Shown here: positions 1 to 13,500 of the stretch, in pieces | How the letters are laid out: each line of letters starts with the position of its first letter | How positions within the stretch are numbered: position 1 is the stretch's first letter | Assembly (NCBI GenBank): GCA_009914755.4 | Contig: CP086569.2 | Location: 12,352,001 to 12,416,000, forward strand | Length of the DNA: 64,000 nucleotides | Reading direction: 5' to 3' | Origin: the human T2T-CHM13v2.0 reference genome, Homo sapiens | Made by a program: the position numbers and the translations under genes | Notes under the pieces: model-generated | Databases searched by the model: none | Told to the model about the DNA's origin: nothing | What the model saw: the letters and a program-made list of their open reading frames with translations, nothing else

Positions 1-820
1 AATGGAATGGAAACTAAAGGAATAGCATAGAAAGGAATGGCATTGAATGGAATGGAATGGAATGGAATCAGATGGAACAGAAAGGAATGGAATAGAATCG
101 AATGGTATGGCATCGAATGGATTGGAATGGAATGTAATGGAATGGAAAGGAATGGAATGGACTCGAATGGAATGTACTCAAATGGAATAGAATAGAATGG
201 AATGGAAGTAAATATAATGGACTCGAATGGAATGGATTGGAATAAATTGGAATTGAATGTATTGGATTCGAATGGAAAGGAATGGAATGGAATGGAATGG
301 ATTCGAATGGAATGGAATCGAATGGAATGGAACGAATTGGAATGTAATTGAATGGCGTCGAAAACAGTAGAAAGAAATGAAGTTTAATCGAATGATATCG
401 AATGGAATTGAATGGAATGTACGCGAATGGAATGGACTGGAATGGAATGGACTCTATGGGAATGAAGAGGAGTGGAATGGACTCGAATGTCATGGAGACG
501 ATTGGAATGGAAAGGAATGCAAAGGAATGGAATGGAATGGAATCTGATGCATCGCCATGGAATGGAATGGGGTCGAATGGAATAGAATCGAAAGGAATGG
601 CATCCAATGGAATGGAAACGAATTGAATGGAATGGCATGGAATGGAATGGAAAGGAATATAATGGAAAGGAATCGGATGGAACGGAATGGAATGTAAAGG
701 AGTCGAATGGAATAGAATCTAATAGAATTGCATTGATAGGAATGGAATCGAACTTACTCGAAAGGATTGGAGCCTAACAGAAGAGAATCGAACACAATAG
801 CATCAAATGGAATGGAAATG

Positions 821-865
821 AATGGAATGGAATGGAATGGAATGGAATGGAATGGAATGGAATGG
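821..865. repeat. Example of a pure (AATGG)9 tract; its length varies between HOR copies (10 copies at 8321-8370)
   Basis: Direct reading of the sequence. The flanks 'aatggaaatg' and 'acacacatgtaatgg' are conserved, and only the pentamer count changes. Confidence 0.85.
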
Positions 866-3262
866 ACACACATGTAATGGACTTGAATGGAATGGAATCA
901 AATAGAATGGACGCGAATGGAATGTTCTCAAATGGAATTTATGAAAATAGAATGGAATCGAAAGTCATTGAACATTATGGAATGGAATCAAATGGAATGA
1001 AATCGAATGGAAGGAACCGGAATGGAATGTACTGGAATAGAACGGACTCGAATGTTACGGAAAGAAAAGTAAGTGATTCGGATGTCTTTTAATTGAATGG
1101 AAAGAAATCAAATGGAATGGAAAGGAATAAAATGGAATGGAATGAAATAGAATGCAATAGAATGGAAGTGAGTGGAGTCGAGTTGAATGGAATCGAATTG
1201 AATGGAATAGAATGGAATAGAATCAAATGGAATGGACTCGAATGCAATGGAACCGAATGGAATGGACTGGAACATAATGGAATCGAACGTATTGGAATGG
1301 AAAGGAATGGAAAGGAATTGAATGCAACGGAAAGCAATGGAATCGAATGTAATGGAGTCGTATGTAGTGGAGTCGAATGGAATGGAATCAAATGGAAGGA
1401 AAAGAATACAATCGAATGGAATAGAATAGAATGCAACAGAATGAAACGGAGTGGAATCGAGTGGAATGGAATAGAATTGAATGGAATGGAAAGGAATGGA
1501 ATCGAATGGAATGGATCCGAATGGAATGGATCCGAATGGAATGGAATGGAACAAAATGGAATTGAACAGATTAGAATCGAATGGATCCGAATCGAATGGA
1601 ATGGAATAGAATGGAATGGAATGGAATGGAATGGAATGGAATGGAATGGACCCAAATGTAATGAACTCTAATGAAATGGACTTTAATAGAATGGATTAGA
1701 AAACAATGGGCTCGAATGGAATTTAATCAAGTCGAATTTAATGGAATGGAATGGAATGCAAAACTATGGAATAGCATCAAATGGAATGGAACAGAATAGA
1801 GTGGAATGGAATGGAATACACAGGAATAGAACAGACTCGAATGTAATGGATTGCAATGTAAGTGATTCAAAGGGAATGGAATCAAATGGAATATAATCAA
1901 ATGGAATGGAATGGAGTGCATTGGAATGGAATAAAATGGAATGCAAACAATGGTACAGAACTCATTTGAATCTAGAGGAGTGGAATCGAATGCAATGGGA
2001 AAGAATGGAATGGACACGAATGGAATGGATTGGAAACAAATGGAATGGAAAGGATTTTAATCATACAGAACAAAATAGAATGCAATGGACTCGAATGAAA
2101 TGGAGTCGAAGAGAATAGTATCAAATGGAAAGGAATGGAATGCAATCGAATCGAATGGAATGTTAATGAAATTAATTGAAAGGAATAGAATGGAATGAAG
2201 TGTAATGGAAAGATATCGAATTGAATGGAATTGAATGGAATGGACACAAACGGAATGGACTGGAATGGAATGAACTGGAAAGGAATGGAATGGAGCGGAA
2301 CGGACTCGAGTGCAATGGAATCGAATGGTATAGAATAGAATGGAATGGAATGGAAAGGAATAGAAGGGAATGGAATCGGATCCACGGGACAGATTGGAAT
2401 GGGGTAGAATTGAATAGAATCGAATGGAATGGCATCGAATGTAATGGAATGGAATGGACTCGAATGGAATGGAGTGACATGTAATGGAATCGAAAGGAAT
2501 GGAATCGAATGAAATGGAATTGAATGGAATAGAAAGGAATAGAATGGAATGGAGTTTAATGGAAAGATATTAAAAGTAATGGAATGGAATTGAGTGGACA
2601 CGAATGGAATGGACTGGAATGGAAAGGACTCGAATGAAATGGAACGCATTAGAATGGACTCGAATGGAATGGATTGGAGTGGAATGGTCTCGAATGGATT
2701 GGAAACGAATGGAATGCAAAGGAATAGAATGGAATGTAATCAAATGGAACGAAATGGAATGGAATGGATTCGACTGGAACAGAATTGAATGGAGTGGAAT
2801 TGATTGGAATGGAATGCAATCGAATGGAATGAACACGAATGGAATAGAATGAAATGAAATGGCATAGAATGGAATGGAATGGAATGGAATGGAATGGCAT
2901 GGAATGGAATGGAATGGAATGGAATGGCATGGAATGTAATGGAATGGAATGAAATTGATTGGAATGGGATGGGCCCAAAAGTAATGGACTCAAATAAAAG
3001 GGACTCAAATAGAATGAATTGGAAAGAAACGGTCTCGAATGTAATTCATTCGAATGGAATGATATTGAATGGAATGCAATAGTATGGAATGGTATCGAAT
3101 AGAATGGAATAGAATGGAATGGAATGGAACGGAATGGAGTGCATTTGAACGGACTCAAATGCAATAAATTGCAATATAATTGATTCAAATGGAATGGAAT
3201 CGAATACAATGTAAACAAACGGAATGGAAGGCAATGCAATGGCAAGGAATCGAATGAAATGG

Positions 3263-6200
3263 AATAAATGGAATGGAATCGAATGGAAAGGACGCGAATA
3301 TAATGGACTGTTAAGGAAAGGTCTCGAATCGAATTTATTCCAATAGAATGGAATCGAAAGGAATGCAATACTATAGAATCGAATCGAATGGAATGGAATT
3401 CAATGGAATGGACAGGAATGGAATGAACTGGAAGTGAATGGACAAGAACGTAATATATTGCAATGTAATGTATTCAAATGGAATGGAATGCAATCGAATG
3501 GAATTGACTCGATTGGAATGGACTGGAGTGGAATGGACTCAAATGGAATGTATTCGAATGTAATGGACCTGAAAGGAATGGAATCCAATGGAATGGAATT
3601 GAATGGAATCAAAAGGAATAGAATGGAATAGAGTGTCATTGAATGATATCGAATGGAAGGGAATGGAATGAAATCGAATGGAATGCACTGGAATGGAATG
3701 GACTCGATCAGAACGGACTGTAGCGGCATGTACACAAATGAAATGGAAACGAATGGAAAGGAATGAAATGGAATGAAATGGAATTGAAAGGAACGGAATG
3801 GAATGGAATGGAATGGAATGGATTGGAATAGAATGGATTCAAATAAAATAGAATCGATTGGAATGGTATTGAATGGAGGGGAATTGAATGGAATGGAAAG
3901 CAATGGAAGATATTGGAATCGAATGGCATCGAATGAAATGGAATGGAACGGAATGGAACGGACCCGAATGGAATGGAATGGACTCAAATGTAATGGACTC
4001 GAAAGGAATCGAATGAAATATAATAGACTCGAAAAGAATGGCCTCCAGCGGAATTTATTTGAATAGAATGGAATGAAATGGAATACAATAGTATTGAATG
4101 GAATAGAATGGAATGGAATCGAATGGAATGTAATCAAATGGAATGGAACGGAATTCAATATAATGGAATAGAATGGAATGCATTGGAAAGGAGCAGAGTG
4201 GAATCGAGTGGAATGGAATCGAAAGGAATGGAATCAAAGGGAAAGAAATGGAATTGAATGGACTTGAATGGAATTGAGTCGAAAGGAATTGACTCGAAAG
4301 GAATGGACTGGAACAAAAAGGAATCAAATGGACAGGAATGGAATGGAATGGAATGGAATGGACTGGAATAGAATGGAGTCAAATGCAAACGCATCGAATG
4401 GAATGGATTGAAATGGAATGCAATTGAATGGAATAGAAAGGAAGAGAATGGAATTGAGAGTAATGGAAAGATATGGATTGGAATGAAATGGAATGGAAAG
4501 GAATTGAATGTTAAGGAATGGACTCGGAAGAAATGGATTGGAATTTAATGGTCTCCAATGGAATGGACTGGAGTGGAACGGAATCGAATGGAATGAAAAG
4601 AATGGAACGGAATGGAACGGAAAGGAATAGAATGTTATGGAATCCGATTGGACCGAATGGAATGGAATGGAGTTTCATGAAATGGAGTCGAATAGAGTGG
4701 CATCAAAAGGAATGTAATGGAACGGAGTGGACTCCAAAGGAATGGACTCGAAAGGAATGGAGACGAACCAAATTGAATCCAATGGATTGGAGTCGAACAG
4801 AATGGAATGGAATGGAATGAACTCGACTGGAGTGGAGAGGAATGTAAAGGAATAGAATGGAATGTAATCAAATGGATTGCAACTGAATGGAATCAAAAAT
4901 AATAGAAAGGAATGGAGTGTAAAGGGATGATATTGAATATAATGGAATGGAATGGAATTCAATGGAATGGAGTCGAAGGAATGGACAGGAATGTAATGGA
5001 CTCCAATGGAATGGAATGGATGAAAATGGATTTGAACAGATTGGAATCGAACGGAATGGAATGCAATGGAATGGAATGGATTCGAATGGAGAAGAGACAA
5101 ATGGAATGGAAACGAATTCAATGGAATTGAAAAGAATAGAATGGAATGGCGTGTAATGGTAAGATACTAAATGGAATGGAATGGAATGGAATGGAATGGA
5201 TTGGAATGGACCCAAATGTAATGCCCTTGAATGGAATATACTCAAATAGAATGGAATCGAAAGGAAAGGTCTCAAATGGAATTTATTCAATACAATGGAA
5301 TCGAATGGAATGCAATAGAATGGAATGGAATCGAATGTAATGGAATCAAATAGAATGGACCAGAATGGAATGGACTGCCATAGAAGGGACTGCAGTGTAA
5401 TGGATTGAATTCTAATTCATTCAAATGGAATGGAATTGAATGGAATGGAATCCAATGGAATGGATAGGATTGTACTGGATTGGAATAGCATGGAATGCAA
5501 CGGAGTGGAATGGAGTTGAATGAAGTGGAATGGAATCGATTGGAATGGAATCAAATGGAATGGACGGGAATGGAATGGACTGGAAGAGAACAGACTCGAA
5601 TATAATGGATTGCAATGTAATTGATTCAAATGGAATGGAATCGAATGGAATGTAATAAAATTGAAGGGATTGGAGTTCAATGCAAAGGAAAAGAATGGAA
5701 TGCAAAGGAATGGAAAGGAATGGAGTGAAATCGAGTGTAATGGAATCGAATGGAATGAAATCGAATGGAATGGACTCAAAAGAAATGGACGAGGGACAAA
5801 ACTGAATCGAACTGATTGGAATGGAACGGAACGGAATGGAATGGAATGGTCTCCATTGGATCGGAGTAGAACGGATTGGAATGGAATGGAATGAAATGGA
5901 ATGGAAAGGAATAGAATGGAATGGAATGGAATGGAATGGAATGGAAGGTAATGGAAAGATAACGAACGGATTGGAAAGGAATGCAATGGACCCTAATGGA
6001 ATGGAATGGAATGGAACAGAAACCGATGGAATGGACTGGAGTGAAATGGAGTCGAATGTAATTGACTGGAGTGGAATGGACTCGAAAGGAATGGACTCGA
6101 ATAGAATGGACTGGAATGGATTGTGTTCGAATGGAGTGGAAAGGAATAAAATGGATTCCACCAGATTGGAATGGAACAGAATGGAATGGAATGGAATGGA

Positions 6201-6872
6201 ATGCAATGGAACGGCTTGACTGGAATGGAGTCGAATGCAATGGAATAGAAAGGAAAGGAATTGAATGGAATTGAAAGTAATAGATTTAAATGGAGTGCAA
6301 AGGAAAGATGTCGAATGGAATGGATCGAAAAGAAATAGAATGGAATGGACAGGAATGGAATGGAATAGAATGGAATAGACTGGCGTGCAATGAAAACGAA
6401 TGGAATGGAATGGAAAGGAATGGAGTAGAATAAATACTATGGAATGGAATGGAATGGAGGCGAAAGGAAAAGAATGGATTGGAATGTCACCGAATGGAAA
6501 GATAAGGAATGGAAAGGAGTGGATACGAATGGAATGGAATAGAAAGGAACGGAAAGGTAAAGAATGGAATGGAATCGGATAGAATGGAATGCAATGTAAT
6601 GGAGTCGAATGGAAAATAATCGAGTAGAATGATATTGAATGGAATGGAATTTAATGGAATGGAATGGAATGGAATGGACTCGAATGGAATGTACTCAAAT
6701 GGATTAGAATAGAATGGAATGGAACTAAACGTAATGAACTCGAATGGAATGGACACAAATAGAATGGAAGAGAAAGGAATGGTATTGAATGGAATTTATT
6801 CGAATAGAATGTAATTCAATGGAATGCAACAGTGTGGCATGGAATCAAATGGAATGGAATCGAATGGAATGG
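3263..6872. repeat. 3,610-bp satellite block present in the long HOR but absent from the short HOR (coordinates given for L1; same block in L2-L6)
   Basis: Long-unit sequence up to '...gcaatggcaaggaatcgaatgaaatgg' (ending 3262) and from 'acccgagtggaatggactcacatag' (from 6873) is contiguous in the short units as '...gcaatggaaaggaatcgaatgaaatggacccgagtggaatggactcacatag'. Confidence 0.8.
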
Positions 6873-7508
6873 ACCCGAGTGGAATGGACTCACATAGAAC
6901 AGCCTGGAATGTAATGGATGACAGTGTATTAGATTCGAAAGGACTGAAATCGAATGGAATGTAATCAAATAGAACGGAATTGAATGCATGGAATGGCATA
7001 GAAAGTAATGCAATGGAATGGAATAGACTGGAATGGAATGGAATCGGATGGAATGTAATGAAATGTAATGGAAGGAATGCCATGGAATGGAATGGAATGG
7101 AATGCAATGGCCCGGTGTATAATGGAGTGCAATGGAATTCAGTGGAATGTAGTCAACAGGAATGAAATAGAATGGAATTCAATATAAGGGAATGGCATCC
7201 AATGGCAGGGAATGGCATCCAATGGCAAGGAATGGAGTGGACTCCAATGGAAACAACATGAAAGGAATATAATATAATGGAATGGCATTGAACGATATGG
7301 AATGCAATGGAGTTAAAAGGTAAGATATCAAATGGAAAAGAATTGAATGGACTCGAATGGAATATAACGGAATGGAATGGACTCGAATGGAATGTACTAG
7401 AGTTGAATGGAATGGAATGGAATGGAAAACAATGGAAAGGAAAGGAAGGGAATTGAAAGGAAAGGAATAGAATGGAATGGAATCGGATAGAACGGAATTG
7501 AATGGAAT

Positions 7509-10500
7509 GGAAACTAAAGGAATAGCATAGAAAGGAATGGCATTGAATGGAATGGAATGGAATGGAATCAGATGGAACAGAAAGGAATGGAATAGAATCG
7601 AATGGTATGGCATCGAATGGATTGGAATGGAATGTAATGGAATGGAAAGGAATGGAATGGACTCGAATGGAATGTACTCAAATGGAATAGAATAGAATGG
7701 AATGGAAGTAAATATAATGGACTCGAATGGAATGGATTGGAATAAATTGGAATTGAATGTATTGGATTCGAATGGAAAGGAATGGAATGGAATGGAATGG
7801 ATTCGAATGGAATGGAATCGAATGGAATGGAACGAATTGGAATGTAATTGAATGGCGTCGAAAACAGTAGAAAGAAATGAAGTTTAATCGAATGATATCG
7901 AATGGAATTGAATGGAATGTACGCGAATGGAATGGACTGGAATGGAATGGACTCTATGGGAATGAAGAGGAGTGGAATGGACTCGAATGTCATGGAGACG
8001 ATTGGAATGGAAAGGAATGCAAAGGAATGGAATGGAATGGAATCTGATGCATCGCCATGGAATGGAATGGGGTCGAATGGAATAGAATCGAAAGGAATGG
8101 CATCCAATGGAATGGAAACGAATTGAATGGAATGGCATGGAATGGAATGGAAAGGAATATAATGGAAAGGAATCGGATGGAACGGAATGGAATGTAAAGG
8201 AGTCGAATGGAATAGAATCTAATAGAATTGCATTGATAGGAATGGAATCGAACTTACTCGAAAGGATTGGAGCCTAACAGAAGAGAATCGAACACAATAG
8301 CATCAAATGGAATGGAAATGAATGGAATGGAATGGAATGGAATGGAATGGAATGGAATGGAATGGAATGGACACACATGTAATGGACTTGAATGGAATGG
8401 AATCAAATAGAATGGACGCGAATGGAATGTTCTCAAATGGAATTTATGAAAATAGAATGGAATCGAAAGTCATTGAACATTATGGAATGGAATCAAATGG
8501 AATGAAATCGAATGGAAGGAACCGGAATGGAATGTACTGGAATAGAACGGACTCGAATGTTACGGAAAGAAAAGTAAGTGATTCGGATGTCTTTTAATTG
8601 AATGGAAAGAAATCAAATGGAATGGAAAGGAATAAAATGGAATGGAATGAAATAGAATGCAATAGAATGGAAGGGAGTGGAGTCGAGTTGAATGGAATCG
8701 AATTGAATGGAATAGAATGGAATAGAATCAAATGGAATGGACTCGAATGCAATGGAACCGAATGGAATGGACTGGAACATAATGGAATCGAACGTATTGG
8801 AATGGAAAGGAATGGAAAGGAATTGAATGCAACGGAAAGCAATGGAATCGAATGTAATGGAGTCGTATGTAGTGGAGTCGAATGGAATGGAATCAAATGG
8901 AAGGAAAAGAATACAATCGAATGGAATAGAATAGAATGCAACAGAATGAAACGGAGTGGAATCGAGTGGAATGGAATAGAATTGAATGGAATGGAAAGGA
9001 ATGGAATCGAATGGAATGGATCCGAATGGAATGGATCCGAATGGAATGGAATGGAACAAAATGGAATTGAACAGATTAGAATCGAATGGATCCGAATCGA
9101 ATGGAATGGAATAGAATGGAATGGAATGGAATGGAATGGAATGGAATGGAATGGAATGGAATGGAATGGACCCAAATGTAATGAACTCTAATGAAATGGA
9201 CTTTAATAGAATGGATTAGAAAACAATGGGCTCGAATGGAATTTAATCAAGTCGAATTTAATGGAATGGAATGGAATGCAAAACTATGGAATAGCATCAA
9301 ATGGAATGGAACAGAATAGAGTGGAATGGAATGGAATACACAGGAATAGAACAGACTCGAATGTAATGGATTGCAATGTAAGTGATTCAAAGGGAATGGA
9401 ATCAAATGGAATATAATCAAATGGAATGGAATGGAGTGCATTGGAATGGAATAAAATGGAATGCAAACAATGGTACAGAACTCATTTGAATCTAGAGGAG
9501 TGGAATCGAATGCAATGGGAAAGAATGGAATGGACACGAATGGAATGGATTGGAAACAAATGGAATGGAAAGGATTTTAATCATACAGAACAAAATAGAA
9601 TGCAATGGACTCGAATGAAATGGAGTCGAAGAGAATAGTATCAAATGGAAAGGAATGGAATGCAATCGAATCGAATGGAATGTTAATGAAATTAATTGAA
9701 AGGAATAGAATGGAATGAAGTGTAATGGAAAGATATCGAATTGAATGGAATTGAATGGAATGGACACAAACGGAATGGACTGGAATGGAATGAACTGGAA
9801 AGGAATGGAATGGAGCGGAACGGACTCGAGTGCAATGGAATCGAATGGTATAGAATAGAATGGAATGGAATGGAAAGGAATAGAAGGGAATGGAATCGGA
9901 TCCACGGGACAGATTGGAATGGGGTAGAATTGAATAGAATCGAATGGAATGGCATCGAATGTAATGGAATGGAATGGACTCGAATGGAATGGAGTGACAT
10001 GTAATGGAATCGAAAGGAATGGAATCGAATGAAATGGAATTGAATGGAATAGAAAGGAATAGAATGGAATGGAGTTTAATGGAAAGATATTAAAAGTAAT
10101 GGAATGGAATTGAGTGGACACGAATGGAATGGACTGGAATGGAAAGGACTCGAATGAAATGGAACGCATTAGAATGGACTCGAATGGAATGGATTGGAGT
10201 GGAATGGTCTCGAATGGATTGGAAACGAATGGAATGCAAAGGAATAGAATGGAATGTAATCAAATGGAACGAAATGGAATGGAATGGATTCGACTGGAAC
10301 AGAATTGAATGGAGTGGAATTGATTGGAATGGAATGCAATCGAATGGAATGAACACGAATGGAATAGAATGAAATGAAATGGCATAGAATGGAATGGAAT
10401 GGAATGGAATGGAATGGCATGGAATGGAATGGAATGGAATGGAATGGCATGGAATGTAATGGAATGGAATGAAATTGATTGGAATGGGATGGGCCCAAAA

Positions 10501-13500
10501 GTAATGGACTCAAATAAAAGGGACTCAAATAGAATGAATTGGAAAGAAACGGTCTCGAATGTAATTCATTCGAATGGAATGATATTGAATGGAATGCAAT
10601 AGTATGGAATGGTATCGAATAGAATGGAATAGAATGGAATGGAATGGAACGGAATGGAGTGCATTTGAACGGACTCAAATGCAATAAATTGCAATATAAT
10701 TGATTCAAATGGAATGGAATCGAATACAATGTAAACAAACGGAATGGAAGGCAATGCAATGGCAAGGAATCGAATGAAATGGAATAAATGGAATGGAATC
10801 GAATGGAAAGGACGCGAATATAATGGACTGTTAAGGAAAGGTCTCGAATCGAATTTATTCCAATAGAATGGAATCGAAAGGAATGCAATACTATAGAATC
10901 GAATCGAATGGAATGGAATTCAATGGAATGGACAGGAATGGAATGAACTGGAAGTGAATGGACAAGAACGTAATATATTGCAATGTAATGTATTCAAATG
11001 GAATGGAATGCAATCGAATGGAATTGACTCGATTGGAATGGACTGGAGTGGAATGGACTCAAATGGAATGTATTCGAATGTAATGGACCTGAAAGGAATG
11101 GAATCCAATGGAATGGAATTGAATGGAATCAAAAGGAATAGAATGGAATAGAGTGTCATTGAATGATATCGAATGGAAGGGAATGGAATGAAATCGAATG
11201 GAATGCACTGGAATGGAATGGACTCGATCAGAACGGACTGTAGCGGCATGTACACAAATGAAATGGAAACGAATGGAAAGGAATGAAATGGAATGAAATG
11301 GAATTGAAAGGAACGGAATGGAATGGAATGGAATGGAATGGATTGGAATAGAATGGATTCAAATAAAATAGAATCGATTGGAATGGTATTGAATGGAGGG
11401 GAATTGAATGGAATGGAAAGCAATGGAAGATATTGGAATCGAATGGCATCGAATGAAATGGAATGGAACGGAATGGAACGGACCCGAATGGAATGGAATG
11501 GACTCAAATGTAATGGACTCGAAAGGAATCGAATGAAATATAATAGACTCGAAAAGAATGGCCTCCAGCGGAATTTATTTGAATAGAATGGAATGAAATG
11601 GAATACAATAGTATTGAATGGAATAGAATGGAATGGAATCGAATGGAATGTAATCAAATGGAATGGAACGGAATTCAATATAATGGAATAGAATGGAATG
11701 CATTGGAAAGGAGCAGAGTGGAATCGAGTGGAATGGAATCGAAAGGAATGGAATCAAAGGGAAAGAAATGGAATTGAATGGACTTGAATGGAATTGAGTC
11801 GAAAGGAATTGACTCGAAAGGAATGGACTGGAACAAAAAGGAATCAAATGGACAGGAATGGAATGGAATGGAATGGAATGGACTGGAATAGAATGGAGTC
11901 AAATGCAAACGCATCGAATGGAATGGATTGAAATGGAATGCAATTGAATGGAATAGAAAGGAAGAGAATGGAATTGAGAGTAATGGAAAGATATGGATTG
12001 GAATGAAATGGAATGGAAAGGAATTGAATGTTAAGGAATGGACTCGGAAGAAATGGATTGGAATTTAATGGTCTCCAATGGAATGGACTGGAGTGGAACG
12101 GAATCGAATGGAATGAAAAGAATGGAACGGAATGGAACGCAAAGGAATAGAATGTTATGGAATCCGATTGGACAGAATGGAATGGAATGGAGTTTCATGA
12201 AATGGAGTCGAATAGAGTGGCATCAAAAGGAATGTAATGGAACGGAGTGGACTCCAAAGGAATGGACTCGAAAGGAATGGAGACGAACCAAATTGAATCC
12301 AATGGATTGGAGTCGAACAGAATGGAATGGAATGGAATGAACTCGACTGGAGTGGAGAGGAATGTAAAGGAATAGAATGGAATGTAATCAAATGGATTGC
12401 AACTGAATGGAATCAAAAATAATAGAAAGGAATGGAGTGTAAAGGGATGATATTGAATATAATGGAATGGAATGGAATTCAATGGAATGGAGTCGAAGGA
12501 ATGGACAGGAATGTAATGGACTCCAATGGAATGGAATGGATGAAAATGGATTTGAACAGATTGGAATCGAACGGAATGGAATGCAATGGAATGGAATGGA
12601 TTCGAATGGAGAAGAGACAAATGGAATGGAAACGAATTCAATGGAATTGAAAAGAATAGAATGGAATGGCGTGTAATGGTAAGATACTAAATGGAATGGA
12701 ATGGAATGGAATGGAATGGATTGGAATGGACCCAAATGTAATGCCCTCGAATGGAATATACTCAAATAGAATGGAATCGAAAGGAAAGGTCTCAAATGGA
12801 ATTTATTCAATACAATGGAATCGAATGGAATGCAATAGAATGGAATGGAATCGAATGTAATGGAATCAAATAGAATGGACCAGAATGGAATGGACTGCCA
12901 TAGAAGGGACTGCAGTGTAATGGATTGAATTCTAATTCATTCAAATGGAATGGAATTGAATGGAATGGAATCCAATGGAATGGATAGGATTGTACTGGAT
13001 TGGAATAGCATGGAATGCAACGGAGTGGAATGGAGTTGAATGAAGTGGAATGGAATCGATTGGAATGGAATCAAATGGAATGGACGGGAATGGAATGGAC
13101 TGGAAGAGAACAGACTCGAATATAATGGATTGCAATGTAATTCATTCAAATGGAATGGAATCGAATGGAATGTAATAAAATTGAAGGGATTGGAGTTCAA
13201 TGCAAAGGAAAAGAATGGAATGCCAAGGAATGGAAAGGAATGGAGTGAAATCGAGTGTAATGGAATCGAATGGAATGAAATCGAATGGAATGGACTCAAA
13301 AGAAATGGACGAGGGACAAAACTGAATCGAACTGATTGGAATGGAACGGAACGGAATGGAATGGAATGGTCTCCATTGGATCGGAGTAGAACGGATTGGA
13401 ATGGAATGGAATGAAATGGAATGGAAAGGAATAGAATGGAATGGAATGGAATGGAATGGAAGGTAATGGAAAGATAACGAACGGATTGGAAAGGAATGCA

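Larger units (their letters stand above)
9..7508. repeat. HOR long unit L1 (7500 bp), variant set A
   Basis: The landmark 'ggaaactaaaggaatagcatagaaagg' at 9 recurs at 7509. All internal landmarks recur at the same offsets in L2 (1081 gatgtcttttaattg, ~1950 tggtacagaactcatttgaatctagagg, ~2966 gggatgggcccaaaagtaatggactc, ~3721 tagcggcatgtacacaaatg, ~4040 gaatggcctccagcgg, ~5380 ccatagaagggactgcagtg..gaattctaattcattc, ~6873 acccgagtggaatggactcacatagaacagcctgg, ~7105 caatggcccggtgtataatgg). Confidence 0.88.

Noticed and set aside
5400-5425. EcoRI ('gaattc') and other restriction sites as regulatory elements
   Set aside because: These are chance consequences of AATGG to AATTC-type variants. They are useful only as mapping markers, not as evidence of regulatory function.
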